64,000 nucleotides of DNA from Bacteroidales bacterium. GTDB taxonomy: Bacteria > Bacteroidota > Bacteroidia > Bacteroidales > UBA3824. Of this stretch, positions 8,460 through 17,323 are shown piece after piece. The stretch's first letter is position 1. Each line of letters starts with the position of its first letter. The position numbers and the translations under genes are program-made. Below the pieces are notes generated by a model, which ran no database searches, had not been told where the DNA came from, and saw only the letters and a list, made by a program, of their open reading frames with translations. The stretch is taken from assembly GCA_016293845.1 (NCBI GenBank), contig JAEDDH010000010.1:4104-68103 (forward strand), given 5' to 3'.

Positions 8460-11216
8460 TTATTTTATTATGTAATTGTATAAATATTTGTCTTTGCTGC
8501 CTATTAAGAGGCTGTAATCTGCCGAATTGTTGAATTTAGTGATGCTAAACTCAGTAATTCCATTTATTGGGAAACCATCTTGAAGTTTGCACCTATTGTC
8601 GAGCAGATATGCTTTGTCGGTATTTTCACATATAATACCTATTTTAATATTTTTAGCTCCAAATTTGAATATTATAGGTTTTCCTGATATATCGCCATCG
8701 GTGAAATAGTCGCCAATTTTTTGATATCTGCTGTCAAAAATTTCGATAGCATTTCCTTCGGTGAATATAAATTCGTTTTGCCCATCGCCGTTGATATCGT
8801 CCATTATGAAATTGTGTTTTCTGCTGTAGCTTTTGATATTTTTAGTGTCAGACGATCCATCGCCATTGATATATTCGATTCCGCCAGCAGCATTGGTAGT
8901 TACAAATCTCATATTAAAATCGTCAATTGACTCGATGTAATACTTTGAGTTTGGTGCCTTGGGGAAGTATTTGGTGGGCACAATTTTGGGTTCGCCTCTA
9001 CGATTGAGAATGTAGGTTTTGAGGTTGTCGGCAAACACAAGATACTCGTTGTCTTTGAATTTGAGGTATTGCACAGGCGTAATAATTTGATCTTTGGTTT
9101 CTACTGGATTCCACGAATCTAATGGTGTTCCGTTTTTTGTGTAAAGGTACAATTTTTTGTTGTTGCATGGTACAAAAATACGATAATTCCCATCGTTTTC
9201 GTAATCAAAAACCGAAATTTCGCTCGAAATACCTCCTTGAATCTCTATTGGATAGTTATCTAAATAATTTCCGTTTTTGTCGAGGCAGTGTATAAAATTG
9301 TCGGTGGCAAAGAGGTATTGAATTTTGCCATTGCGGTAAACGTCTACTTGATATACCTGACCTTGTATTGATTCTGGCAGTTGTTTTTGCCACAATCTCT
9401 TGCCGTCTCTGTCTATCAGGTATATTTTTTTAGACTCATCTTGAATTATAATGTTGTTGTCTTTTGTTTCAAAATTTTTTACAATTTGAGGTTTGATTAT
9501 GGCTGTTGAATCAAGAGGTGCTTTCCATTTTATCAAACGCTCTTTTTCGATCATATCGCTGTAATTCAATACTATATTGGTGTAGTATTTGTCGTCGATT
9601 TTGCTTACTTGCAGTGCTGATGAACGGAAATTTCTCAGTTTGCCATAGTTTTTGAGATATTCGTTTCTGTTGCTGTTGTTGAGAAGTTCGGATATAGCAT
9701 TTTTGTTGTATGCTAAGTCGGTATAATAAAATATATTGCTTTTGCCGTTGATGAGGTTTTTAAACTCCTTGTAGTATGAATTGTTGGCAAGTGTTTTGTC
9801 GCTTTCTATCGAATTGATATATTCTTTTATGGCATTTACGTTTTGAGCAAACACAATTTTCGAGTTGTAAAATGCCATATAGCTATAATCCATAGTGCCG
9901 AATATTTCGCCAAAATATGTCGAGAAAATATTTTTTATCGGGAAAAAATAAACCACATATCTCTTGTTATTCTGAGTAGTGATGTTTGCCATTAATTCTG
10001 ATTCAGGAGTATTGTTTTTTTTCTGATACTCTCTCACTATTTTTAGGAGAGTCTTTTTAGCGAGGTCTTCATCATCAGTTTCGGCAATAATGTAGTTGTC
10101 GTTGGCACGTGTGGCTATGCTGTAGTCGGTTGTAAATTCGGTTATTCTGTTGCCGATTATTTGATATAATTCTTGCTCAAGATTAATTCTATATTTTTTG
10201 CAGTTGAGATTATCGTGTTGATCGTATTCTCTTTTGCGGTCGCTTAGATCGAGATATTTTTTGTAGCTTGTTTTAAAAGCTTCCATTTCCGAAATTCCTA
10301 TCGAAGCAAATTGGATAGTTTTGCTGGGCAGATACTCTTCAAAATCGTTTGAAACGGGTTCTTGATTTTTAAATATATTGATATACGCTCCCGATTTTTC
10401 GTTAGCGCTGCTAAATCCTGTAATAGTTACGCTTTGGTTGTGTGCCGAAACATCCAATACCGACCATTCGGCAAATTTTCCGATTCGCTTGGTAACCGAT
10501 TTTTTTGAGCTGTTGAGTTGCTGACCCACAATTTCGTAAAATTTGGGATAATTGATTATAACATTAGCTTCGGCATCGTTGCCTTTGTAAGTTATTATTT
10601 TGCACAAGGGTTTGTCGAAGGCAATATTGTCGCCTGTTTTTAATTGGCGGATAGCATTGTGAATGAAAATATCGTTGTAACTCAAAAGAATAAATTCTTT
10701 GTAATATGCAAAGTAGATGTTTCGCTTATTATTTGAAGGCTTGATATTGATTATAGTAACATTTTCGTATTTAGTGGAAGTTACTTGTATTTTTTGTTCT
10801 TTGGTTTTGCGTTGAATTAGGTCGATTGCCACTTGAGCCACTTGTTTCCCTGTTAGTATTACAGCTAATCCATTAATTTTGTGACCATTGTTGTAAAACG
10901 ACAGAGCAAAATGTTTTTTTCTTACGCCCGCTCTAAGTTTGTCTTCTTCTGATAAAAGTTGATAAATATCTGAAATGAACGCCTCAGCGGTTTGAAATTG
11001 ATTTACTGCTTTTAAGTCGGTCCAAGCAGCACCGCCTTCTTGAATTTTTTGGGTGAGCGAAACAATATCGTTTGTGGTGATAATTATGCCCGGATTTGAA
11101 GGAATAGCGTGTAATACAGGGTCGGCTGCGGAGGCTACATCATCGTTGCAACTAACGCAAAGAGTGTATAGTATCGCTGTTAATATGGCTGCTATATATG
11201 CCGTTGTTCTTCTCAT
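8460..11216 (-). CDS. Large lipoprotein with a C-terminal beta-propeller / FG-GAP-like repeat region
   Basis: 918 aa. Lipobox LCVSC. C-terminal repeats contain DINGDGQNEF and YENDGNYRIF, which are FG-GAP/Ca-binding-like. It is the first gene of the operon, downstream of a 400-bp AT-rich intergenic region. Confidence 0.6.
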   Translation of the reverse strand: MRRTTAYIAAILTAILYTLCVSCNDDVASAADPVLHAIPSNPGIIITTNDIVSLTQKIQEGGAAWTDLKAVNQFQTAEAFISDIYQLLSEEDKLRAGVRKKHFALSFYNNGHKINGLAVILTGKQVAQVAIDLIQRKTKEQKIQVTSTKYENVTIINIKPSNNKRNIYFAYYKEFILLSYNDIFIHNAIRQLKTGDNIAFDKPLCKIITYKGNDAEANVIINYPKFYEIVGQQLNSSKKSVTKRIGKFAEWSVLDVSAHNQSVTITGFSSANEKSGAYINIFKNQEPVSNDFEEYLPSKTIQFASIGISEMEAFKTSYKKYLDLSDRKREYDQHDNLNCKKYRINLEQELYQIIGNRITEFTTDYSIATRANDNYIIAETDDEDLAKKTLLKIVREYQKKNNTPESELMANITTQNNKRYVVYFFPIKNIFSTYFGEIFGTMDYSYMAFYNSKIVFAQNVNAIKEYINSIESDKTLANNSYYKEFKNLINGKSNIFYYTDLAYNKNAISELLNNSNRNEYLKNYGKLRNFRSSALQVSKIDDKYYTNIVLNYSDMIEKERLIKWKAPLDSTAIIKPQIVKNFETKDNNIIIQDESKKIYLIDRDGKRLWQKQLPESIQGQVYQVDVYRNGKIQYLFATDNFIHCLDKNGNYLDNYPIEIQGGISSEISVFDYENDGNYRIFVPCNNKKLYLYTKNGTPLDSWNPVETKDQIITPVQYLKFKDNEYLVFADNLKTYILNRRGEPKIVPTKYFPKAPNSKYYIESIDDFNMRFVTTNAAGGIEYINGDGSSDTKNIKSYSRKHNFIMDDINGDGQNEFIFTEGNAIEIFDSRYQKIGDYFTDGDISGKPIIFKFGAKNIKIGIICENTDKAYLLDNRCKLQDGFPINGITEFSITKFNNSADYSLLIGSKDKYLYNYIIK

Positions 11217-11624
11217 TTTTTCCGGTTGCGCATTTTAATTTAAAATACGAAGATAAATATTATATCTTAGTTTTTGCTTCTTTTTCTAAAATTTACGATT
11301 ATGTTTTTGTTTTTCTAATATTTTGTTAAGATAAACGTTTTTTGTCGGTATATATTTATTTTACATTTCTATTTTTTATTTTGTTGTGTAATGCGTTGTA
11401 ATTTAATATGTTGTACATTTGTTGTTACATTTGTAATTGCGGCGCTGTTAACATTTGGAAACGCTTAATTTAATTTCTTTTATGTTCGCTTATACTTCAT
11501 AAGTATATATCAATCATATTTTCAAGTTTTCTTTTAATTTTTAATATCTCAATTTACTTTTGATATTTTTAGTTGACTTAATTTATTACCTTGAATAACG
11601 CGTTTAAACAACGTTATTGCCTCG

Positions 11625-12386
11625 CTATCTGAATTTTGCAAAAAACTCGGTTATTATGCCTTTGATATCGTTGTCGAGATATTTTAGAGCTTGTTCTTTT
11701 ATCTCTTTGGGTATTGGATAATATGCTTCGGCTATAGATCCAGCAATGGCAGCAGTGGTGTCGGTGTCGCCACCCAATTCTACAGCATTGCGAATGGTGG
11801 ATTCAAAATTGTGTGCTTCTAAAAAACACTCTATTGCATCAGGAACTGCTTCCATACAGCTGCCGTGCATTCCTTTTACTTCGCTTAGTATGGGCATGTT
11901 GTATTCAAAATGCTCTTTTACATAATCGGCTACGTCTTCTTTTAGCAACATTTTGTTGCGAAGTACATATATCAAATTTGCAACGCAAATTGCACCTTTG
12001 ATGCCTTCGGGGTGACTGTGTGTGGGTTTCGCCGATTTTATTGCCTCTTTAACTGTTTTGGCTTCGGAGTCGAATGCCCAACCAATTGCACTTACACGCA
12101 TTGCCGACCCGTTGCCCCAACTATCGTATGGCTTTTGATGTTCGCTCTTGAGCCATTGTGTAAACTTGCTGCCATATCCTCCAAGCGGAAACGGATATTT
12201 GGTACACCATTTTACAAGATTGTCGCTGTATCCGGCTCCGTTGATTATAGCATCTGCTATGGCAACGGTGCAAATAGTGTCGTCGGTAAAGGCACATTCG
12301 GGCGTAAAAAGTTTAAAATTGCTAACGTTTCTTCCGCCGTATTCAAACCGCGAACCTACTATATCTCCTATAATTGCTCCTAACAT
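11625..12386 (-). CDS. ADP-ribosylglycohydrolase family protein
   Basis: 253 aa. The N-terminus MLGAIIGDIVGSRFE and the C-terminal GGDTDTTAAIAGSIAEAYY match the two metal-binding motifs of the ARH/DraG family. Confidence 0.85.
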   Translation of the reverse strand: MLGAIIGDIVGSRFEYGGRNVSNFKLFTPECAFTDDTICTVAIADAIINGAGYSDNLVKWCTKYPFPLGGYGSKFTQWLKSEHQKPYDSWGNGSAMRVSAIGWAFDSEAKTVKEAIKSAKPTHSHPEGIKGAICVANLIYVLRNKMLLKEDVADYVKEHFEYNMPILSEVKGMHGSCMEAVPDAIECFLEAHNFESTIRNAVELGGDTDTTAAIAGSIAEAYYPIPKEIKEQALKYLDNDIKGIITEFFAKFR

Positions 12387-12407
12387 TGTTGTATAGTTTA
12401 ATGGTTG

Positions 12408-13988
12408 CTAATAATGTAATGCTGCTGCACGATAATCTTCGGGCGACAGTTGAAATATTTTTAAGTCAAAATCCTTTGCTACTATAAATAGATGCTCAAA
12501 AAACGCAGACTGAATTTTTTCGAATGCCCCCCATTCAGTAATTTTTGTAAAAGCGTATATTTCAATGGGAATACCTGTGGCAGTGGGCTGCATTTGACGA
12601 ACCACGAGATGTCCGTTTTCTACAAATATTCCCTCTTTTTCTAATATGCGGTTGAAAACGCTGTGTGGCATCAGTTCGTTGTTGACAAAATCATAGTCGA
12701 GACCGTAAGTTACAGGATAATAAATCTTTGGATCTTTGCGGTCGATTTCAACTTTATGTCCTCTGCTCTTGATAAACTTGGCGAAATCCTTGATGTACAG
12801 ATCGCCATTTTCGTTGGTGTCGAGATACATTTCAGACTGAGGTCCGTTGATTTTTAAAAACTCCTCTTTGTTGTTGACAAGATATTCCTCTCTTGTTCCT
12901 TTTTTGGTTTTTACCAAAGTGGGTTTATATTTTTTGAACACTTGGCAATTGGCGCGGATATATAGTTCAACGTATTGTCTAAAAAGTTCGATATTCGACA
13001 TCTCCATTTTGTCAAATTCTATTGACGGGGCGCCGCTACCGATTTTTTCCTGACGTTCTTTGATATAGTCGTTGAGGATTGTGTATTTTGAAATCTTTTG
13101 GAGAAACTCCTCGTCAACCGCCTTAATACTCTCGGCGTTGAACAAAAGTGTCCGTTTGATGCGGCGAGCTTTGGTTTCTTGCATGTTGCTCCAATTTATA
13201 AACGATTCGCTCATCAGCGATGCTGTGGGAACGGTAACAATGCTGTTGTCGAAGTTTCGCACTTTTACTGTGGTGAGGTTGATGTCTACCACGTGACCCT
13301 CAATATTGCGGCTCGACATTGTAATCCAATCATCTTTTTTTATCATATTCATGGTAGACAGTTGAATAGATGCCACAAATCCCAAAATAGAATCCTTGAA
13401 TACAAGCATCAGCACTGCCGACATTCCAGCAAGACCAGCGAGCAATGCGTCGGGACTTTTGTCGAGTATTATCGATATGGTTAAAATAAGGCAGATAAGT
13501 ATGGTGATTATTTTTGCCACTTGAGCGTAACCCTTGAAACTCATTTTGCGGCGTTTTTGGCGCATAATAGAATCAAGAATGTCGTTGGCGGCGTCAAGTG
13601 CTCTGAGCACAGTCATCATTACAGAGAAAATATTGTATACATAACAAGCTGTGCGAATGTGCTTTACCCAATCTTCATCGGTGATTGCAAACTGTATTAG
13701 GTAATAAATAATGGCGGCGGGAACCATGTGCGACAGCGGAATAAGCACTTTGTGTTTTACAAGTTCGTCGTCGTACTTGTTTTCGTTTTTGGTAACGATG
13801 GTGTGAACCACGCGGTTGATTATCAACTTGGTGATGAAGTAACTGATAAAGCAGATAATGGCAATTATCAACATATTGATAATGCCTTTAAATATAATAG
13901 CCCAATCTTCTGATATGTGCCAGTCCATAAATGTGGCTATCAGATAGTCGGAAAAATCCTTAAACAAGTCGAATAATATTTTGCTCAT
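12408..13988 (-). CDS. Mechanosensitive ion channel (MscS family)
   Basis: 526 aa. N-terminal TM helices, then the MscS core FKDSILGFVASIQLSTMNMIKKDDWITM...GHVVDINLTTVKVRNFDNSIVTVPTASLMSESFINWSNM. Confidence 0.85.
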   Translation of the reverse strand: MSKILFDLFKDFSDYLIATFMDWHISEDWAIIFKGIINMLIIAIICFISYFITKLIINRVVHTIVTKNENKYDDELVKHKVLIPLSHMVPAAIIYYLIQFAITDEDWVKHIRTACYVYNIFSVMMTVLRALDAANDILDSIMRQKRRKMSFKGYAQVAKIITILICLILTISIILDKSPDALLAGLAGMSAVLMLVFKDSILGFVASIQLSTMNMIKKDDWITMSSRNIEGHVVDINLTTVKVRNFDNSIVTVPTASLMSESFINWSNMQETKARRIKRTLLFNAESIKAVDEEFLQKISKYTILNDYIKERQEKIGSGAPSIEFDKMEMSNIELFRQYVELYIRANCQVFKKYKPTLVKTKKGTREEYLVNNKEEFLKINGPQSEMYLDTNENGDLYIKDFAKFIKSRGHKVEIDRKDPKIYYPVTYGLDYDFVNNELMPHSVFNRILEKEGIFVENGHLVVRQMQPTATGIPIEIYAFTKITEWGAFEKIQSAFFEHLFIVAKDFDLKIFQLSPEDYRAAALHY

Positions 13989-14084
13989 AGTAGTGATGTT
14001 TTGGTGTTATTTACAAATGTCAAAAATAGTGGTTTTGGCGTTTTTTTCAAAAAAAGTTTGTTTCTTTGTGAAAAATTTTTTCAA

Positions 14085-15089
14085 ATGTTTACAATCGGAG
14101 ATATAAAATTCAACCGTTATCCCCTGTTTCTTGCGCCTATGGAAGACGTTACAGATGTGTCGTTTCGCCATATTTGCAAAATGTACGGGGCTGATATGCT
14201 TTACACAGAATTTATTGCAAGCGAGGCACTTGTGCGCAATATCGACAAAACTGTAAAAAAAATGCACCTCGAAGATTCGGAGCGTCCCGCAGGTATACAA
14301 ATCTATGGACACGACCCTGTGCACATGGCAGAAGCTGCTCAAATGGCGGCAGAACTCAAACCCGATTTGATTGACATCAACTGTGGATGTCCTGTGAAAA
14401 AAATTGCCACCCGAGGCGATGGCGCAGGACTACTTCAAAATCCCGACCTAATGATCGAGATAGTAAAAGCTGTGGTTGTCGCCGTACCCAATATACCCGT
14501 AACAGTGAAAACCCGTCTTGGATGGGACGAAAACTCAAAAATCATTGTCCCTCTTGCCGAACGTCTTCAAGATGCAGGTATTAAAGCACTTGCCATTCAC
14601 GGTCGCACACGTATGCAATTATATAAAGGTGAAGCCGATTGGACTCTCATTGGCGAAGTAAAGAATAATCCGCGGATGCACATACCCATTATTGGCAACG
14701 GTGATGTGGATTCTCCTCAAAAAGCAGCCGAAATGCGCAAGCGCTATGGAGTAGATGCTATAATGATAGGCCGCGCCGCTGTGGGATGTCCATGGATATT
14801 TAAAACAGTTCATGAATATTTGGAAACTGGTGTTCTTCCTCCCGAACCTACAGTTGCCGAGCGAGTAAAACTTGCCAAGTATCAGTTAGAAACATCGATG
14901 CAATGGAAAGGCGATACTCGTGGAATGTTAGAGATGCGTCGTCATTATTCGCAATATTTTAAAGGTGTGCCAGATTTTAAACCATTCCGTATGCGCCTTG
15001 TTACCGAACCCGACCCTGCTGTAATATCTCAAATATTAGATGAAGTGGGCGAACGGTACAAAGATTTTAGTTTTGAACAAGTTGGCTAA
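14085..15089 (+). CDS. dusB: tRNA-dihydrouridine synthase (DusB-like)
   Basis: I prefer the start at MFTIGDIKFNRYPLFLAPMEDVTD (ATG 14085). It carries the Dus motifs LAPMEDVTD, DINCGCP and IHGRTR. Confidence 0.9.
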   Translation: MFTIGDIKFNRYPLFLAPMEDVTDVSFRHICKMYGADMLYTEFIASEALVRNIDKTVKKMHLEDSERPAGIQIYGHDPVHMAEAAQMAAELKPDLIDINCGCPVKKIATRGDGAGLLQNPDLMIEIVKAVVVAVPNIPVTVKTRLGWDENSKIIVPLAERLQDAGIKALAIHGRTRMQLYKGEADWTLIGEVKNNPRMHIPIIGNGDVDSPQKAAEMRKRYGVDAIMIGRAAVGCPWIFKTVHEYLETGVLPPEPTVAERVKLAKYQLETSMQWKGDTRGMLEMRRHYSQYFKGVPDFKPFRMRLVTEPDPAVISQILDEVGERYKDFSFEQVG

Positions 15090-15100
15090 TAATCGACATA

Positions 15101-15131
15101 AAAAAAGCGGAATTTTTAAGTTCCGCTTTTT
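15101..15131. terminator. Bidirectional intrinsic terminator
   Basis: The hairpin AAAAAGCGGAA-TTTTTAAG-TTCCGCTTTTT lies between convergent dusB (+) and the lysozyme gene (-). Confidence 0.6.
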
Positions 15132-15137
15132 GGTTTA

Positions 15138-15776
15138 TTACTCAGAGTTAAACATTGCAATCTCCCATTTTCGGATATTCAAACTGTACTGACTTGTAAC
15201 AAGTGTACCGTCGGGCTTGTGGTATTTACACCATTTTCTAAACTCCTCGTCAGGACTTTCGCCGTTGTCGATTTTCACCTTCAACTGACTTTTTAAGTAA
15301 CGGCCGATACCCTTAGCAAAAATAAAGTGGGCAACAGCCATTAGCTGATTTTCGGTAAGACCCGAAGAGTGTTTTCGTGCAAGAACAAGACACTTAGAAA
15401 AGTCGCTTCGCAAAAGTCGGTCAGCTTCCTGACGTGTAATGCGGTCGTCTTTAAAATGCTCGTTGTCTTTCACCACGTGTCCATATCCGATGGTTTTATA
15501 ACCGGCGGCGCAGTAATAAGCCTTACCACCGGCAAAACCCTCGTGCTTTTTGATAAACGCGATGGTTTGTTCAAAAACGTCGGAATAACCTGTAGTAGGC
15601 ACACAAGGAATAATAGTGTACTTTTCTACCGTTTCCACGACGTGCTTTTCCTCAAATTGTTCGCCCCTGATATCAAAATAACTTTTGTCAGGGTCGGGGG
15701 CTGTGGTGCTACTTGTAAGCATTACACAACCGATACTCATAAAGAGTCTTAAAATTAAAGTTTTCATAACGCTCAA
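15138..15776 (-). CDS. Phage-type (GH24-like) lysozyme with signal/lipoprotein leader
   Basis: 212 aa. IKKHEGFAGGKAYYCAAGYKTIGYGHV matches the catalytic Glu region of T4/lambda-type lysozymes. The N-terminal hydrophobic leader ends in SIGC. Confidence 0.7.
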   Translation of the reverse strand: MSVMKTLILRLFMSIGCVMLTSSTTAPDPDKSYFDIRGEQFEEKHVVETVEKYTIIPCVPTTGYSDVFEQTIAFIKKHEGFAGGKAYYCAAGYKTIGYGHVVKDNEHFKDDRITRQEADRLLRSDFSKCLVLARKHSSGLTENQLMAVAHFIFAKGIGRYLKSQLKVKIDNGESPDEEFRKWCKYHKPDGTLVTSQYSLNIRKWEIAMFNSE

Positions 15777-16010
15777 ATTATTATGTAAATAATCGCTCAG
15801 GTATTATCCTTAGATATATGCCTGTGCGGCCACTTTCATCGGCTTATAGCCGTATTTGATATGTTATGATATAATTTAAAGTTATTTGTATTTGTTATTA
15901 TAATTTTATTTTTATAATCTCTTATACTTTATTCTTTAAATTATGTTGCAAATATATACACAAATTTTACTAAATGCAAATATATTTCTTCTCTTTCTGC
16001 ATTTTTTATA

Positions 16011-16054
16011 AAAAAAAATATGACACCCCTCTACAATAGTCTGTGGAGAGGGTG
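16011..16054 (-). terminator. Intrinsic terminator downstream of ubiX
   Basis: On the minus strand the hairpin CACCCTCTCCACA-GACTAT-TGTAGAGGGGTG is followed by TCATATTTTTTTTT. Confidence 0.55.
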
Positions 16055-16099
16055 AAGGTTAAAAAAATATTGTTAAAAATTGTTAATTTTTTTAAGATT

Positions 16100-16654
16100 T
16101 TACATTTCTCTCCACTTAAAACCATCGTTTTTGATGTTGAGAAGCGAAAGAATTCGATCAACAACGGTGTTGGTAAGCTGTTCGATGGTGGTGGGAGAGG
16201 AGTAAAACGAAGGCGAAGCAGGACAAATGATACCTCCGGCAAGTGTAATGCGCTCCATGTTTTGTATATGTATCAGACTAAGAGGAGTTTCGCGAACGGT
16301 GAGTATAAGTTTTCTTCGTTCTTTTAGCATTACATCTGCGGCACGAGTTATTAGCGAATCAGATATTCCGTTGGCAATTCTGCCCAAAGTGCCGCACGAA
16401 CAGGGGCATATTACCATTGCCGAATAGGTGCTCGAACCCGATGCAAATGGAGCGTCAAACTCTTTGTCGGGATATATTTTTATCTTATCGTGGTGGGGTA
16501 GGGGAGAGGTGTTCTCTGAGTTATAAATTTTTAACCCATTACTGCTAAATACAATGCCGATTTGCTCTACTTCGGACGATTTTTCTAATTTTTGGATAAG
16601 TTGTCGGGCGTAGATAGTTCCGCTTGCTCCGGTAATGGCTACTGCTATTTTCAT
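16100..16654 (-). CDS. ubiX: Flavin prenyltransferase UbiX
   Basis: I prefer the start at MKIAVAITGASGTIYA. The protein has the UbiX/Pad1 flavoprotein fold motifs and MVICPCSCGTLGRIANGISDSLITRAADV. Its ATG overlaps the upstream gene's stop as ATGA. Confidence 0.9.
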   Translation of the reverse strand: MKIAVAITGASGTIYARQLIQKLEKSSEVEQIGIVFSSNGLKIYNSENTSPLPHHDKIKIYPDKEFDAPFASGSSTYSAMVICPCSCGTLGRIANGISDSLITRAADVMLKERRKLILTVRETPLSLIHIQNMERITLAGGIICPASPSFYSSPTTIEQLTNTVVDRILSLLNIKNDGFKWREM

Positions 16655-17244
16655 TGTTGCGAGCGATGATTTGAGAGTCGTCGGTAGATGCTCAGATTTA
16701 TAAAATTGTTTCTCCAATATGGCATATCGGGGTCGTTGGTAATTTTGGTGATGCTATAACCAAAATTTGCCGTTAGTTCAAATTTGGGCGAAAGATAAAA
16801 CCGAAATCCTGCCAAGCCGTCTACATCGTATTTGTTTAAATAATCGGGATTTTTAATCTCAGCTCCTGTTTCGTCTATAATTTTTGATGATATTCTATGA
16901 TTGTAAGATATACCTAACTCTGCCCCGAATTTTTGCGAAAAACGGTATTTGATTAATATCGGAAGTTCGGCATAGTTGAGCTTGGTTTTAAATTCGGTGT
17001 AGCCTTGAGTGCGTTTGATAGCACCCTTAGAGGTGAAAAGCAAACCAGATTCTATGCTTATAGTTTTGTCGATGGGCGATGAAACGGTAAAACCTGCGCG
17101 GATTCCCGGTTTGTGATATCCGCCTTGAGTGTCGCCATCGATTTGACATCCGTTGATGCCCAAAACTGCAGCACCGATAATGGTTTGCGCTGTGGTAGAT
17201 GTGCTTATTGCAATTGCTGTTATTATATATATAAGTGTCTTCAT
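16651..17244 (-). CDS. Small outer-membrane beta-barrel protein (porin-family/OmpA-N-like)
   Basis: 197 aa. Signal peptide MKTLIYIITAIAISTSTTAQ and about eight amphipathic strands. It is translationally coupled to ubiX. Confidence 0.7.
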   Translation of the reverse strand: MKTLIYIITAIAISTSTTAQTIIGAAVLGINGCQIDGDTQGGYHKPGIRAGFTVSSPIDKTISIESGLLFTSKGAIKRTQGYTEFKTKLNYAELPILIKYRFSQKFGAELGISYNHRISSKIIDETGAEIKNPDYLNKYDVDGLAGFRFYLSPKFELTANFGYSITKITNDPDMPYWRNNFINLSIYRRLSNHRSQQ

Positions 17245-17323
17245 GTGTTAAAAAAATCCCGTTTCATCGTGAAAACGGGATTTTAGGTAAAAATATAAAT
17301 ATGAAAAAAACTATGAGATTGTC

